A stretch of DNA of 49,574 nt from Promethearchaeota archaeon (GTDB lineage: Archaea; Asgardarchaeota; Lokiarchaeia; Sigyniarchaeales; SOKP01). The stretch is from assembly GCA_030603385.1 (NCBI GenBank), contig JAUVXW010000035.1, forward strand, positions 1 to 49,574, in the 5' to 3' direction. A model generated the notes under the pieces. The model saw only the letters and a program-made list of their open reading frames with translations. It had not been told where the DNA came from and did no database searches. Positions 27,907 through 38,113 of this stretch are shown in pieces (position 1 is the first letter of the stretch; each line of letters opens with the position of its first letter). The position numbers were made by a program, and so were the translations under genes.

Positions 27907-29634
27907 ATGTCGACAAATCTAGGAGAAGAAGATATCTTAAGGAAAAAAGTTTGGAGAATTATCAATTTAATTCAAGCGAATCAGCTCTTTGTTCATCATA
28001 AAGAATTGGCAATAAAATATATGACTGAAAAAGGTAAGAAAGTCCAGACGAGAAATTTGCCAGAAATATTGTCGTTATGCGTGTTGAACGCACTAGTCCC
28101 CAATTCAGCAATGGTCTTAATTGGAGGTCATGGAGGAGGTAAAACTACCTTAGTAAAACTTTTAGGAAGGATGTTCACAGCGACTTCGCTGAATGAAATA
28201 GAAAATTCGATTATTAGAGGTCATCCTCAATTAACTGAAGAAAAGCTCATCGGTACTTTAAAATTAGGGAAATTGATGAAAGAAGGTGAGGAAGAAGTAG
28301 TTTGGAGACAATTTGTGATAAATTTCTGGAAAATTATAGATGAAGTAAATCGTTTGACACCTTATGCTCAAGATATTTTATTATCCCTGCTTGCTGAGGG
28401 TACTGTTAAATATTATGACTCAATTAAAACAATTAGTAAATTTTGTCTTTTTGCTACAATAAACCCAAACGATGTGGGAACTTTCGAATTATCGCAACCA
28501 TTCTTAGACAGGTTTGGTATTTCCGTTCCTATTTCAATGCCAGCAAGTCATGACTTACAATTAATTTTATCAGGGAAAGATGAGAAATATTCCGGGTTTG
28601 ATGAGTTAGTTCAAGTTCCAAAAATTTTAACTATTGATGAATTAATGGAAATTTGGTACTATGTCAATAGAATATCTTTCTCTCCAGAAGTTATTAATTA
28701 TATTCATGCAATAATAAGAGAATTTACTTTATGTTCTAGGGTTGACAAAGGTAACACTGAAGATTTAAAACCAAGTACGGGCCTATGTTCTGGTTGTCAT
28801 TTTAATACAGCTCAAAATATTTGTAACAAAATTGATACAATTCTAAGTGTAAGAGTTGCAAAGGATCTTTTAAGATACTCAAAAGCGCTAGCTTGGTTAT
28901 TAGGAATTAGTATGATTGATGTCAATATTGTAAATACTATTGCACCATATGTTATTTCACATCGAGCAGTTTATGTAAAAAGGGAATTAGATAAGTCTCC
29001 TTATTTTGGAAATAAGTATGAATTTTCTAAGAACATGTTGAAATTAATTCAAAAACGCTTTAAAAATCGGGAAACATGCTATCAAATTACTGAACGGTTT
29101 CGAGAAGGAAATTCTAAAGAGAATGATTTGACTGAGTTAAAAAAATTTGAAAAAAATGATTTAATAGTAAAATTTGATTTAATTCCATTTGTAAATTCAG
29201 TTAATAATAAAAGATATCCCCCTCTCGCTCAACAGATAAAAGATGCTGCGAAGAAAGGAGATATAAGTAAGCTTGCTGAAATACGAAATGATCTTATGGA
29301 AAAGATAGATTTTCCTAATAGAGGAGATTTAATAGAATGGTGTAATCATGAGCTTTATAAACAAACTGTCACCGATTACATTATTAAATTTTCGTATTGG
29401 AAAGATGTTTGGGCAGATATTGCTGCTGATTTTTCTAATTTAGATCAACCTCTTAAAGATGCATTTAGTCAAAGGCAGACTAAACAAATACGGACTGAAG
29501 ATCTTCTAATTGAAATTAATGTTACTGGAACAAAAGAGGATTCATTAATAAATATTCAAATCTCTGGAGGGTCAGACGCCCTAAAATTAAGAACATTAAT
29601 GGATAGTTTAGAATATATACAAAAACAAGAATAA
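27907..29634 (+). CDS. MoxR-like AAA+ ATPase
   Basis: Walker A GGHGGGKT, Walker B IIDEVNR, ATINP, FLDRF. Confidence 0.88.
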   Translation: MSTNLGEEDILRKKVWRIINLIQANQLFVHHKELAIKYMTEKGKKVQTRNLPEILSLCVLNALVPNSAMVLIGGHGGGKTTLVKLLGRMFTATSLNEIENSIIRGHPQLTEEKLIGTLKLGKLMKEGEEEVVWRQFVINFWKIIDEVNRLTPYAQDILLSLLAEGTVKYYDSIKTISKFCLFATINPNDVGTFELSQPFLDRFGISVPISMPASHDLQLILSGKDEKYSGFDELVQVPKILTIDELMEIWYYVNRISFSPEVINYIHAIIREFTLCSRVDKGNTEDLKPSTGLCSGCHFNTAQNICNKIDTILSVRVAKDLLRYSKALAWLLGISMIDVNIVNTIAPYVISHRAVYVKRELDKSPYFGNKYEFSKNMLKLIQKRFKNRETCYQITERFREGNSKENDLTELKKFEKNDLIVKFDLIPFVNSVNNKRYPPLAQQIKDAAKKGDISKLAEIRNDLMEKIDFPNRGDLIEWCNHELYKQTVTDYIIKFSYWKDVWADIAADFSNLDQPLKDAFSQRQTKQIRTEDLLIEINVTGTKEDSLINIQISGGSDALKLRTLMDSLEYIQKQE

Positions 29635-29638
29635 AATA

Positions 29639-31357
29639 ATGGTATTGTCTAAAAAAAGAAAAGTTAAGGGGATTAGAGAAGAATTAACACTTAAACAAAA
29701 GAGAATTGTTGAATTAGCTAAAATTGCGTGGGCTGATACTCTAGTAGAGTTTTATTATCCTCCTCTAAATGAACCAAATTATTTATTTGATTATACCCAT
29801 TTTGAAGGATTTTATATCGATCCTGAAAATCAATGGGAAATAACTATGAATCTTGCTAATACACCATTATTTAAAGATGATCAGGAATATATTGATTACT
29901 TTCATATTATCTCTCTACACGAAGTTTCACATTATCAGATTATTCCATACGATGGTTTGATTAATGCTAAATTACTTAGGGCTGCGATGGAATATGTAAA
30001 TCAAAATTATGCTCCTATTGTTGTAAATGTCTTTGCGGATTTGATTATTGATTATAAGCTATACAAAAAATATCCAAATTTGATAACATGGGAAGTAAAA
30101 ATAACATATGAACATATTAAAAACAAAGGCAAGATGAGTGATTTTACTAAATTCTTATTTCGAGCTTATGAGAAAATTTGGAATGTTGACATTCTTAATG
30201 ATGAATCACTAAAGGATATGGATTCTCTAACTGAAAAGGTATCTAAAGTTATCCTTAAAGACTTTGAAGATGAATCCACATGGGAAAAAAAAGTATCTGT
30301 TGTTGCGAGATATTTGAACAATTTAATCCAAGATACTTTTACGTTAATCGGTAAAAATGGAATATGTGAGAAAGGAAAAGAAAAAAGGAAGAGTCCTGGA
30401 GGTGCATTCATAGAGATTCCAAAAGATGTGTTAGAAGTTATGGATAATCCTCTGGAAAGTAAAAATTCTGATAAATTAAAAGAAGGTAATGAAGATGAAT
30501 TAAGACAAAAAGCAGAGGAATTTGCCAAAAATATCCCGTACTCTGAGTTTGGTGGACCTGCGAGACAAGCTGGTATTTTATTAGATGGAGTTCCTTTAGC
30601 TACGTGGTATAGAGGTCTAGCAAAGAATTTGATCGAAATCAGAATACTTGAAGAAAAACCAAGCGGACAATTACCCATCTATCCTGAGGTGTGGCGTATA
30701 GGAGATCGAATAGAAGATTTGGATGTAGTTCAGACGTTATTGAATAGTCCTGTTATTATTCCTAATCTTACTACTAGAAAATGGGCATTTAAAGAAGGAC
30801 CGGGTCATCTTGTTGAGAAACAAATCCCTGATCTATTAATTGTTTTAGATTCTTCTGGTTCTATGAGATGGAATTATACTTCAAGAATAGAAAGAGGTAG
30901 AGGACAGTATCACATAGCACTCATCGCTGCCTTTGCCGCTCTTCATCATGCAGCCAGCAAGGGGGCAAAATTCAGTATAATTAATTTCTCAAATGTTGCG
31001 GATATTTGCCCATGGACCTCAGATTTTAAAAAAGCTGAACGCGTTTTATTAAGATACCAAGGAGGTGGTACGGTTCTACCAACAAAAGAAATTGCTCAGC
31101 AGTGTGATAAAGCAGAGAGGAAATCCCTTATTTTCATAATTACGGATTTTGGTATCTATAATTGGAGTAAGTCAAAGAAAATTATGATTGATTTAGCTCA
31201 AAGAGGACATAAAATTGTAGGATTTTTCATAGGAGCATCAAAAATACCAAAGGATAAATTTAAAACCCTACTAGAAAAAGTAACCTTCTATGGAATAAGA
31301 AATGCTAAAGATTTAATTGATTTAGTTATAACAGAAGTCAAAAAATATTACTTATAG
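29639..31357 (+). CDS. VWA-domain protein with N-terminal HEXXH metallopeptidase-like domain
   Basis: LHEVSH...NVFADLIID; MIDAS DSSGSM, GGT, ITDF. Confidence 0.85.
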   Translation: MVLSKKRKVKGIREELTLKQKRIVELAKIAWADTLVEFYYPPLNEPNYLFDYTHFEGFYIDPENQWEITMNLANTPLFKDDQEYIDYFHIISLHEVSHYQIIPYDGLINAKLLRAAMEYVNQNYAPIVVNVFADLIIDYKLYKKYPNLITWEVKITYEHIKNKGKMSDFTKFLFRAYEKIWNVDILNDESLKDMDSLTEKVSKVILKDFEDESTWEKKVSVVARYLNNLIQDTFTLIGKNGICEKGKEKRKSPGGAFIEIPKDVLEVMDNPLESKNSDKLKEGNEDELRQKAEEFAKNIPYSEFGGPARQAGILLDGVPLATWYRGLAKNLIEIRILEEKPSGQLPIYPEVWRIGDRIEDLDVVQTLLNSPVIIPNLTTRKWAFKEGPGHLVEKQIPDLLIVLDSSGSMRWNYTSRIERGRGQYHIALIAAFAALHHAASKGAKFSIINFSNVADICPWTSDFKKAERVLLRYQGGGTVLPTKEIAQQCDKAERKSLIFIITDFGIYNWSKSKKIMIDLAQRGHKIVGFFIGASKIPKDKFKTLLEKVTFYGIRNAKDLIDLVITEVKKYYL

Positions 31358-31378
31358 TTAATGCTATAATTATTTAAA

Positions 31379-31990
31379 TTACTTAGGTTTGTTAATTTCA
31401 CGCAAATATAACTTCATGAAATAACGTTGAGTATTACAATAGTTTAATCTATCTTTATTTGTTAGATGTTTGCATTTTTGTAACACCCTCTGAATATCGG
31501 TAAGCAGTTTAAAATTATCATATTTTGCCTTTTGTGGGAAGAATTCTGCTGGTTTTTTAGTATATTTATTTACCTTTATTTCATAAAACAAATTTTTAAG
31601 ATTTAACGCGGGTTCTGAATCTTCTAATCTGGAAATTGTCATTATTTCTATTTTCTCTTCAAGATTTATTGATTTATCATTATTATAATTGCTAGTATTA
31701 CATTCAAAAAATATATTGCAAATACCTTTATGTCTATATCTACAATCTTGACAATCATGAGAATATTGAGGAGATTTAACTTGGCAAGCATTATGGATTT
31801 TTTTAAGAACTTGTTCAGATTCTTGTAAGTTTGAACTAAACATCATCTTTATTCTTACATCTAATTTTAAGTAATTTTTCCCATATTTTTCATGTACTTC
31901 TCTAGTAATAGCAGAGAAATATCCACATATATATTAAAAACATATGGCTTGATCTTTTGAAAGTAAGTAATATTTAGATAATATCCTCAA
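31379..31990 (-). pseudogene. Cys-rich hypothetical ORF (intact part 31379..31846), possibly N-terminally interrupted by an in-frame TAA at 31934-31936
   Basis: Frame reads TTG(31990)...AICF*YICGYFS...KMMFSS; HDCQDC...C...C cluster downstream. Confidence 0.4.
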
Positions 31991-32076
31991 TTCAGCTTCC
32001 CTGTAATTAAGTCGGAAAAATGAATAAATTAAATAAAAAAAAATATTTCTTTATTGTATGATTTGAGACTTAGTAT

Positions 32077-32601
32077 TTATAACACAACAAGAAGACTATC
32101 CACATCCAACCACCCCTTTTGAGCATGGATGATCTTTCCATCTTCATCAATTACAAATTGCCCCGGTCCTTGTTTTTCCCAACCTTCATACTCTCCATGT
32201 TCAAAACCATATTTTCTAACATCTTTTAATTTAAGCGGGATTTGCTTAACAGCCTCAGATGTCATTAATCCTAAGCCATACTCAGCATATAGTTTATCTT
32301 TTGAGCTCGGAATAACGGGAAAGTCAATCTTTTCTTTTTCAATATATTCCTTCGCTACCTTTTCACCTGATTGTGTGATGTATAATATCTTTACCCCTTT
32401 AGCTTCAATCTCAGATTTGCGTTCCAGCAAAGCCTTGAAGTCGCTCTGGCAAATAGGACATCCAAAGTATCTTGAAAATATTAAAACAATTTTATCTTTT
32501 CTTAATTCTGCTAAATCAATCATCCCTGCATTGTATGATTCTAACTTAAATAAGGGAGCAGAATCTCCTTCATTTATCTCGTTTTTCCCCATAGTTTTCA
32601 C
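32077..32601 (-). CDS. peroxiredoxin-like (AhpC/TSA) redoxin
   Basis: GDSAPLF, RYFGCPIC, GQFVIDEDGKI. Confidence 0.85.
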   Translation of the reverse strand: MKTMGKNEINEGDSAPLFKLESYNAGMIDLAELRKDKIVLIFSRYFGCPICQSDFKALLERKSEIEAKGVKILYITQSGEKVAKEYIEKEKIDFPVIPSSKDKLYAEYGLGLMTSEAVKQIPLKLKDVRKYGFEHGEYEGWEKQGPGQFVIDEDGKIIHAQKGWLDVDSLLVVL

Positions 32602-32856
32602 GTTACTTTTTAATATATTTTTTTAATGTAGAACTTCATAAAAGATTTTTTCAGTGATATTCTCACTTATTTAACTTTATATCTTAAAATCCATAAACTA
32701 AAGAGATATTCTAATTTCGAAATAAAAAAGATGTAAGATGATTAGATAATGAATAAAAATCCGCAGATATTTTAAAAAATAAAATTAATATTAATATTGT
32801 AGAATTCTAGTATTTAATTTAATCAACAAATTTTAAAGCTATCAAAATTTAAAAAA

Positions 32857-33657
32857 GTGAATATTTTGGTTAAAAAAGAATATATCTGTGAGAAGGGTAA
32901 AAGAAGTTCAATTGTGATAGATGATCTTTCTGTTGAAATTAAGGAAGGAGCTACATTCGTTCTTGGATTCGCGGGGATCGGTCTTATCGGCCCCATCGTT
33001 GCTAATACTCTTATTGAACAACTTCCAGATGTAAAACCAATTGGGTTTATTACAAGCGAATACCTTCCTCCAATAAGTGTGTTTTATGCTGGTGTGTTAA
33101 AACATCCTTTCAGAGTGCTTTACTCTCCACAACATAACTTAATTATCGGTATATGTGAGGTTCCCTTTCAGGTCGTCTCTGCATACAACGATCTTTCTAA
33201 AACTATTTGTAATTGGGCTTTATCTGAAGATGTTAGAGCAAAAGAGATAGTAATCTTTCAAGGAATCCCCCAGAGAGGTATAATTGATGATTACCCTGTT
33301 TATTATGCCGCTGAAGAAGAAATGATGGAGCATTTAGAAAAATTTGGAATTACTAAGGTAGAGAAAGGAATAATAGTCGGTCCGGAAGCTACTATCTTAA
33401 ACGAGGCATTAACAAATAGATTGCATGCTTATGCTTTGTTCACGCCAGTCTTAGAAATTCCTACTCCTGAGGGTGCCGCTAGTATTATAGAAGTGTTAAA
33501 TAAAATTTATGAATTAAAGATAAACACTGCTCCCCTTATAGAGCAAGGAAAAGAAATCAAGGCTAAGATGTTAGAATTAGCACAGAAAGCCCAACAATAT
33601 CAACAACAGCAACAGCTACCAGGAGCGGGTAAAGAGTATACACAATACTTTCAATAA
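32857..33657 (+). CDS. PAC2-family proteasome assembly chaperone (likely start TTG 32866)
   Basis: GFAGIGLIGPIVA, LPP...HPFR, PTPEGAA...LNKIYEL. Confidence 0.85.
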   Translation: MNILVKKEYICEKGKRSSIVIDDLSVEIKEGATFVLGFAGIGLIGPIVANTLIEQLPDVKPIGFITSEYLPPISVFYAGVLKHPFRVLYSPQHNLIIGICEVPFQVVSAYNDLSKTICNWALSEDVRAKEIVIFQGIPQRGIIDDYPVYYAAEEEMMEHLEKFGITKVEKGIIVGPEATILNEALTNRLHAYALFTPVLEIPTPEGAASIIEVLNKIYELKINTAPLIEQGKEIKAKMLELAQKAQQYQQQQQLPGAGKEYTQYFQ

Positions 33658-33828
33658 ACAATTTTTATTTTATTTTTCAATCCTATTTTTTAATTTTTTT
33701 GTATAAAGGAAGTCTTTGATTCCAGTTAATTGTTAAAATATGGTATGAATTTTGTTTTAAATTTTGATCTAACGAGCTTATAAATGGAAAGAAAAAGATT
33801 AAAGAATCAACAAATATGAATTCTTATC

Positions 33829-34347
33829 ATGAAATATAACAAGACACATGCGGCAGTTTGTGGTCTTTTTTGCCCTGCATGCACAGTATTTATTGCTACA
33901 CAGGAAGATCCAGAGCGTCTTAAATTAATTGCTAATCAATTTGGTATATCTGAAGAAGAAATGAAATGCAATGGCTGTCGGTCGGAAAAACGTATTCCTT
34001 ATTGTGATACTTGCAAACTGTATCCTTGTGCCCAGGAAAAAGGAATAGATTTCTGTGGACAGTGTGATGAATATCCTTGTAATGATTTAAAAGAATTTCA
34101 AGCAGCAGCACCACATCGTTTTGAGTTATGGGAGGCTCAAGAACATATTGTTAGTAAGGGATATGAAAAATGGATGGAAGACATGATAAACTATTATTCA
34201 TGTTCGAAATGTGAAACGATAAATTCAGCATATGATCCTAATTGTAGATCATGTGGACATCAACCAAGCAATCAATACACAGGAAAACATGGTAAAAAAA
34301 TATGGGAATTCCTAGCGAAACAACAATCTAAATTGAAAAAAGATTAA
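33829..34347 (+). CDS. DUF3795 Cys-rich protein with C-terminal zinc ribbon
   Basis: CGLFCPAC, CNGC, C...CAQEKGIDFCGQCDEYPC. Confidence 0.85.
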   Translation: MKYNKTHAAVCGLFCPACTVFIATQEDPERLKLIANQFGISEEEMKCNGCRSEKRIPYCDTCKLYPCAQEKGIDFCGQCDEYPCNDLKEFQAAAPHRFELWEAQEHIVSKGYEKWMEDMINYYSCSKCETINSAYDPNCRSCGHQPSNQYTGKHGKKIWEFLAKQQSKLKKD

Positions 34348-34513
34348 ATCAATTATTTTTAAAATCTCTTCTTTTATAGTAAGAAAGAAAACAATTTAAT
34401 TGATTGTTCATAAAAAAGAAGTTAATAAGAGTAAGAATTAATTTTAATTGAAGATCTTAGTAAAATTATGAATACAATCTTATCTCATAAACATTCAATA
34501 TTTAGTATTTATC

Positions 34514-35632
34514 ATGAGAAGAATTAAGACTTTTGATATTATTCGCGGTTGGTGCATGTTTATGATGGTTTTTGGGCATATGCTTTCCTGGTGGATAATA
34601 TCTCAAGATCGTTGGTTGACCTCAGCGATTCATTCGATTTTTGGTGATATTATTGCTATTGGATTTTTATTTATTTCAGGATTAAGTGCGGTAATATTTT
34701 TTAGGAACAGACTTACAAAAGCTGAAGCTTCAATTGAATATAGTTTAGAGCAAGTAAAAAGGGAATATCTATTTCGAGCTTTACTTATATTTATCGTAGC
34801 TCTAATATACAATAGTGCTACAGCAATAGGAACATTAGATCCTTTAAATATTTGGAAATGGTTTATACCACTTACAATAGCGATTTCACTATTATTAGCG
34901 TTCCCATTATTAAAAATTTCAAAATCGTTTAGATTATTAATAGCCGTGGGTTTTTGGATAACCCATTATTATATCCTTTTATTGCTTTTACCTTATAAAG
35001 GGCAAGTTAACCTTTTTGGAGTAGTATATCATATCTTATACCATTCTAAAGGTCTACATCCCATTCTATGCTATTTCAGTTTTTTTTTAATAGGAACAAT
35101 AATTGGAGAGGTAATTTACGAAATATATCTCATAAATGATCAAAAAGAGAGAAGATCGGCACTAAAAAATGAAGTTCTGCTTCCATCATTAATAATAGGG
35201 CCGATTCTAATAATAATTGGAGTTTTATCTCTTTTTCCTAGTTTTTTAACACATGCAACATTTTCATCAACAGTTTATTCCCTGGGAGTAATATTAATTT
35301 CAACTTCAGTATTGTTAATCATTGAAGAATTTGAAGCTATAAATGTAGAAAGAAGCTACAGATTTTTCTTTTATTACTCATATTATTCTTTTACTATTTA
35401 TTTTGCTCATAATATGTTATACTTTTTACTTTTTGAAAGAGTAAATGCATTAACCATTTGGATTTTTATGCCACTCACCTTCTTAATAATTAGTTTACTA
35501 CTTAGAGTTATTTATCCAAAACTTAGAGACAAGGTTTCAATAAAAGCACAGGTAGGAAAATTAAGTGCTAGATTAGCAATATATGTTAAGGAAAGATCAG
35601 AAAGTAGGGAAATCGAAAAAAGGAGGTTGTGA
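34514..35632 (+). CDS. membrane acyltransferase-like protein (HGSNAT/DUF1624 family)
   Basis: RIKTFDIIRG...H, FLFISG, multiple TM helices. Confidence 0.75.
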   Translation: MRRIKTFDIIRGWCMFMMVFGHMLSWWIISQDRWLTSAIHSIFGDIIAIGFLFISGLSAVIFFRNRLTKAEASIEYSLEQVKREYLFRALLIFIVALIYNSATAIGTLDPLNIWKWFIPLTIAISLLLAFPLLKISKSFRLLIAVGFWITHYYILLLLLPYKGQVNLFGVVYHILYHSKGLHPILCYFSFFLIGTIIGEVIYEIYLINDQKERRSALKNEVLLPSLIIGPILIIIGVLSLFPSFLTHATFSSTVYSLGVILISTSVLLIIEEFEAINVERSYRFFFYYSYYSFTIYFAHNMLYFLLFERVNALTIWIFMPLTFLIISLLLRVIYPKLRDKVSIKAQVGKLSARLAIYVKERSESREIEKRRL

Positions 35633-36081
35633 TAAGAATTAAAGAGAAATTTATTCCTGTACAGATAAATCAGGAATTGTGCTTAAGGTGTGAACGGTGT
35701 TTACGTGCTTGCAAGGCTAAAGCGATATATTTCGAGCATAGTATTAGATTAGTGGATTATTCCAAGTGCCAAGGATGCCTAAATTGCGTTCAAGTTTGTC
35801 CTAGAAATGCGGTTGAAGTGACATCAATCGAATTTGAAGGTCAAGTAGTTAGTATTAAGGTTGATCATGAAAAATGCTCTATGTGTGAAGAATGCTTAGA
35901 TGAAAATGGAAATTTCTGCCCTAAAAATCTTTTCTATAAAGATAAAGTAAAAAATAAAGAAAATCAAGAAATTGAAGGGATAAAGTTTAAATTTAGAGAA
36001 ATAGCAAATTGTCAGGGATGTTTACGATGCGAAGCACTTTGCCCTGAGAATGCATTAAAATCTGTGACATTCGAAGCTTAA
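35629..36081 (+). CDS. polyferredoxin (4Fe-4S dicluster protein)
   Basis: Four CxxCxxC...C motifs; GTGA overlap with the upstream gene. Confidence 0.9.
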   Translation: MIRIKEKFIPVQINQELCLRCERCLRACKAKAIYFEHSIRLVDYSKCQGCLNCVQVCPRNAVEVTSIEFEGQVVSIKVDHEKCSMCEECLDENGNFCPKNLFYKDKVKNKENQEIEGIKFKFREIANCQGCLRCEALCPENALKSVTFEA

Positions 36082-36117
36082 TGATAGGATTAAAGAGATT
36101 TTGATACCAAACACACT

Positions 36118-36777
36118 CTAGCTTTCTAACTTTTTAATTCTTTTAACTAAATCATTAAGATATAAGTTACCCATTCCTAACTTTACCATAGGGGAAAAAA
36201 ATAATACTAGCGCAAATCTGGTCCCTAAGAATTCAATATAACTGGAACATATTTTCTGATTATTTTCTAGTTCTAGATACATTTTTTTTAAGCTACTTAG
36301 TTTTTTCTCACTTCGAACTTCAAATTCTTTAGTTATTGAAAATAATGTAGTACTTGGAAGCGAAGAATATAAAACATTTCCATCAACGGTAAAAATACCA
36401 CTTCCTAAAATTTCTTTATCATCTACATAACCTCTTAAAATTTTAACTATCTCTTGAAATAGAGGTAATGAGGTAAAACTTGTAGTATGATCATCCTTTA
36501 CGATTTCTGAAGACTCTCCTCCTCCTTCATAAAACTCCATATGTGTGAATTCAAAATCAACTTTCTGATATCCACGAACTTTAAAGTTCTTATCCACAAA
36601 AGATTGAAAACTATGCTCACATACGGCACCTGAAGGAATAGAGACCGTCGTCAATGTTTTACTTTGATTTATTATTTTGGTAGGGATTTTAAGCTCTTTT
36701 CTTTCCTTACATGTTGGACAAACTACCTGTATAGTGTCAAATAATTCTTTTTCTTCAGTTTTATTTGTTTCTAGCAT
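36118..36777 (-). CDS. Zn-finger plus roadblock/profilin-fold-like domain protein
   Basis: CPTC...CEH N-terminal domain; C-terminal ILGSGIFTVDGNVLYSSLP...KLGMGNLYL. Confidence 0.65.
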   Translation of the reverse strand: MLETNKTEEKELFDTIQVVCPTCKERKELKIPTKIINQSKTLTTVSIPSGAVCEHSFQSFVDKNFKVRGYQKVDFEFTHMEFYEGGGESSEIVKDDHTTSFTSLPLFQEIVKILRGYVDDKEILGSGIFTVDGNVLYSSLPSTTLFSITKEFEVRSEKKLSSLKKMYLELENNQKICSSYIEFLGTRFALVLFFSPMVKLGMGNLYLNDLVKRIKKLES

Positions 36778-36971
36778 ATGTATTTAATGTATTACCTTGA
36801 TAGATCTTATTTTATTGGTTAATATTAATATTTAAAAATAAATTTATCTGCTTAAATAATGATTTATCTAACTTTAATAATAATTTTACTAATCAGATAG
36901 ATAATTCTCATCATATGAAGAATAACCAAAAACTTATGAAAGTACTAAAGAAAACACAAATTAAGATATAT

Positions 36972-36983
36972 TGAACATGTTCA
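36972..36983. promoter_or_regulatory. perfect 12-bp palindrome next to a BRE/TATA-like element
   Basis: TGAACATGTTCA followed by AAATAGTTAAATT. Confidence 0.45.
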
Positions 36984-37049
36984 GCTAAATAGTTAAATTT
37001 GTTATAAATTATTAAAAATACAAATAAAAACTCTTATAGATGTCTTTTA

Positions 37050-37946
37050 ATGTTGAGCGATAAAAATTATAAGATTGGAATACTGTATGGAACTCACCCC
37101 GACACTGAGATGTTAGCACAAAAATTCGCTGGTAATCTCATAAATAATGAGGAATTCTGTAAAGCTTGTGAAGACTTAGAGCAAAATGTAAAATGTGATA
37201 AGTGTCGTGAGCATTTAAAGGGTTTTGCAGGTTCTATTTATTTTTATGAAAAGATTGGTGAGAATATCCCTGATTTTATTGAAGAACCTGAACTATATTT
37301 GCCTAAAAATCTTCCCCCAGTTGATTTTGTTTTAGTAGTAGGGATTCATCAAGATTTGTTATCTGGTCTTCCATATTATCTAAAAGACAAGAAAAGTGTA
37401 AAAGCTGTAATTGTTCCCATAGAAAACCCTAAGTGGGTTCCCGCTGGGCTTCAAGTTCAAGTTTTAGAAGAATTTGAAAAGTATGGAATTCAGGCAGCCT
37501 TTCCCAAACCATTTTGTGCTTTAAGTAGAGAGTTAAATGAATACAATAAAATTGGTTTTCACCTAACAAAAGAACATAATTATGTGTATGAATTCATAGA
37601 TTATTTCAAAATAGGAGTTCCAATTGTCTCTATCTTACTAAGTAAAGATGGGGAATCAATTGAAGATAGCTGTGTACTACAATCAGCCCCATGTGGGAGC
37701 AGTTATTATGTTTGCCAACAACTCAAATCAAAGTATTTCAAAAATGGAAAAAGTGGGGAGTTATCATTAAATGAAAGAATTAGTAAAGCTCATCATGCAT
37801 ATCCTTGTAATGCCTCAATGGATCAAGATAATATTTTGAAAGATTCAATTCTTCATGTTGGGGGGTATTTAATTAGAAATGCAATTAGAAGAGAGTTAAA
37901 TCTTGAAGAGGAAGAAAGAGAAAAACTAGTTTATGTTATAAAATGA
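37050..37946 (+). CDS. DUF166 family protein
   Basis: FIEEP..YLP, IHQDL, PKPFCAL, SAPCGS, YPCNASM, LHVGG. Confidence 0.8.
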   Translation: MLSDKNYKIGILYGTHPDTEMLAQKFAGNLINNEEFCKACEDLEQNVKCDKCREHLKGFAGSIYFYEKIGENIPDFIEEPELYLPKNLPPVDFVLVVGIHQDLLSGLPYYLKDKKSVKAVIVPIENPKWVPAGLQVQVLEEFEKYGIQAAFPKPFCALSRELNEYNKIGFHLTKEHNYVYEFIDYFKIGVPIVSILLSKDGESIEDSCVLQSAPCGSSYYVCQQLKSKYFKNGKSGELSLNERISKAHHAYPCNASMDQDNILKDSILHVGGYLIRNAIRRELNLEEEEREKLVYVIK

Positions 37947-38113
37947 TTTTTTAATGCAAATTATTATTTTAAATACATATTTTTCCAGTTTTTTGTGAAA
38001 AATAGTTAATTAAAGATTTTTTAAAACTTAAACATTTTTTCCCTACATATATTTATTCAACTATAATATCTTTAAATTTCAAAAAATTTATCGTTAATAG
38101 ATAGGATGAAAAC

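Noticed and set aside
31915-31955. Possible second BHB intron around the in-frame TAA
   Set aside because: A 7-bp stem exists, but the central helix has only 3 of 4 pairs, and a 28-nt excision would join a frame with an upstream stop and no start.
32077-32601. Selenoprotein candidate
   Set aside because: The redox motif is CPIC with Cys codons; I saw no convincing in-frame TGA readthrough or SECIS in the window.
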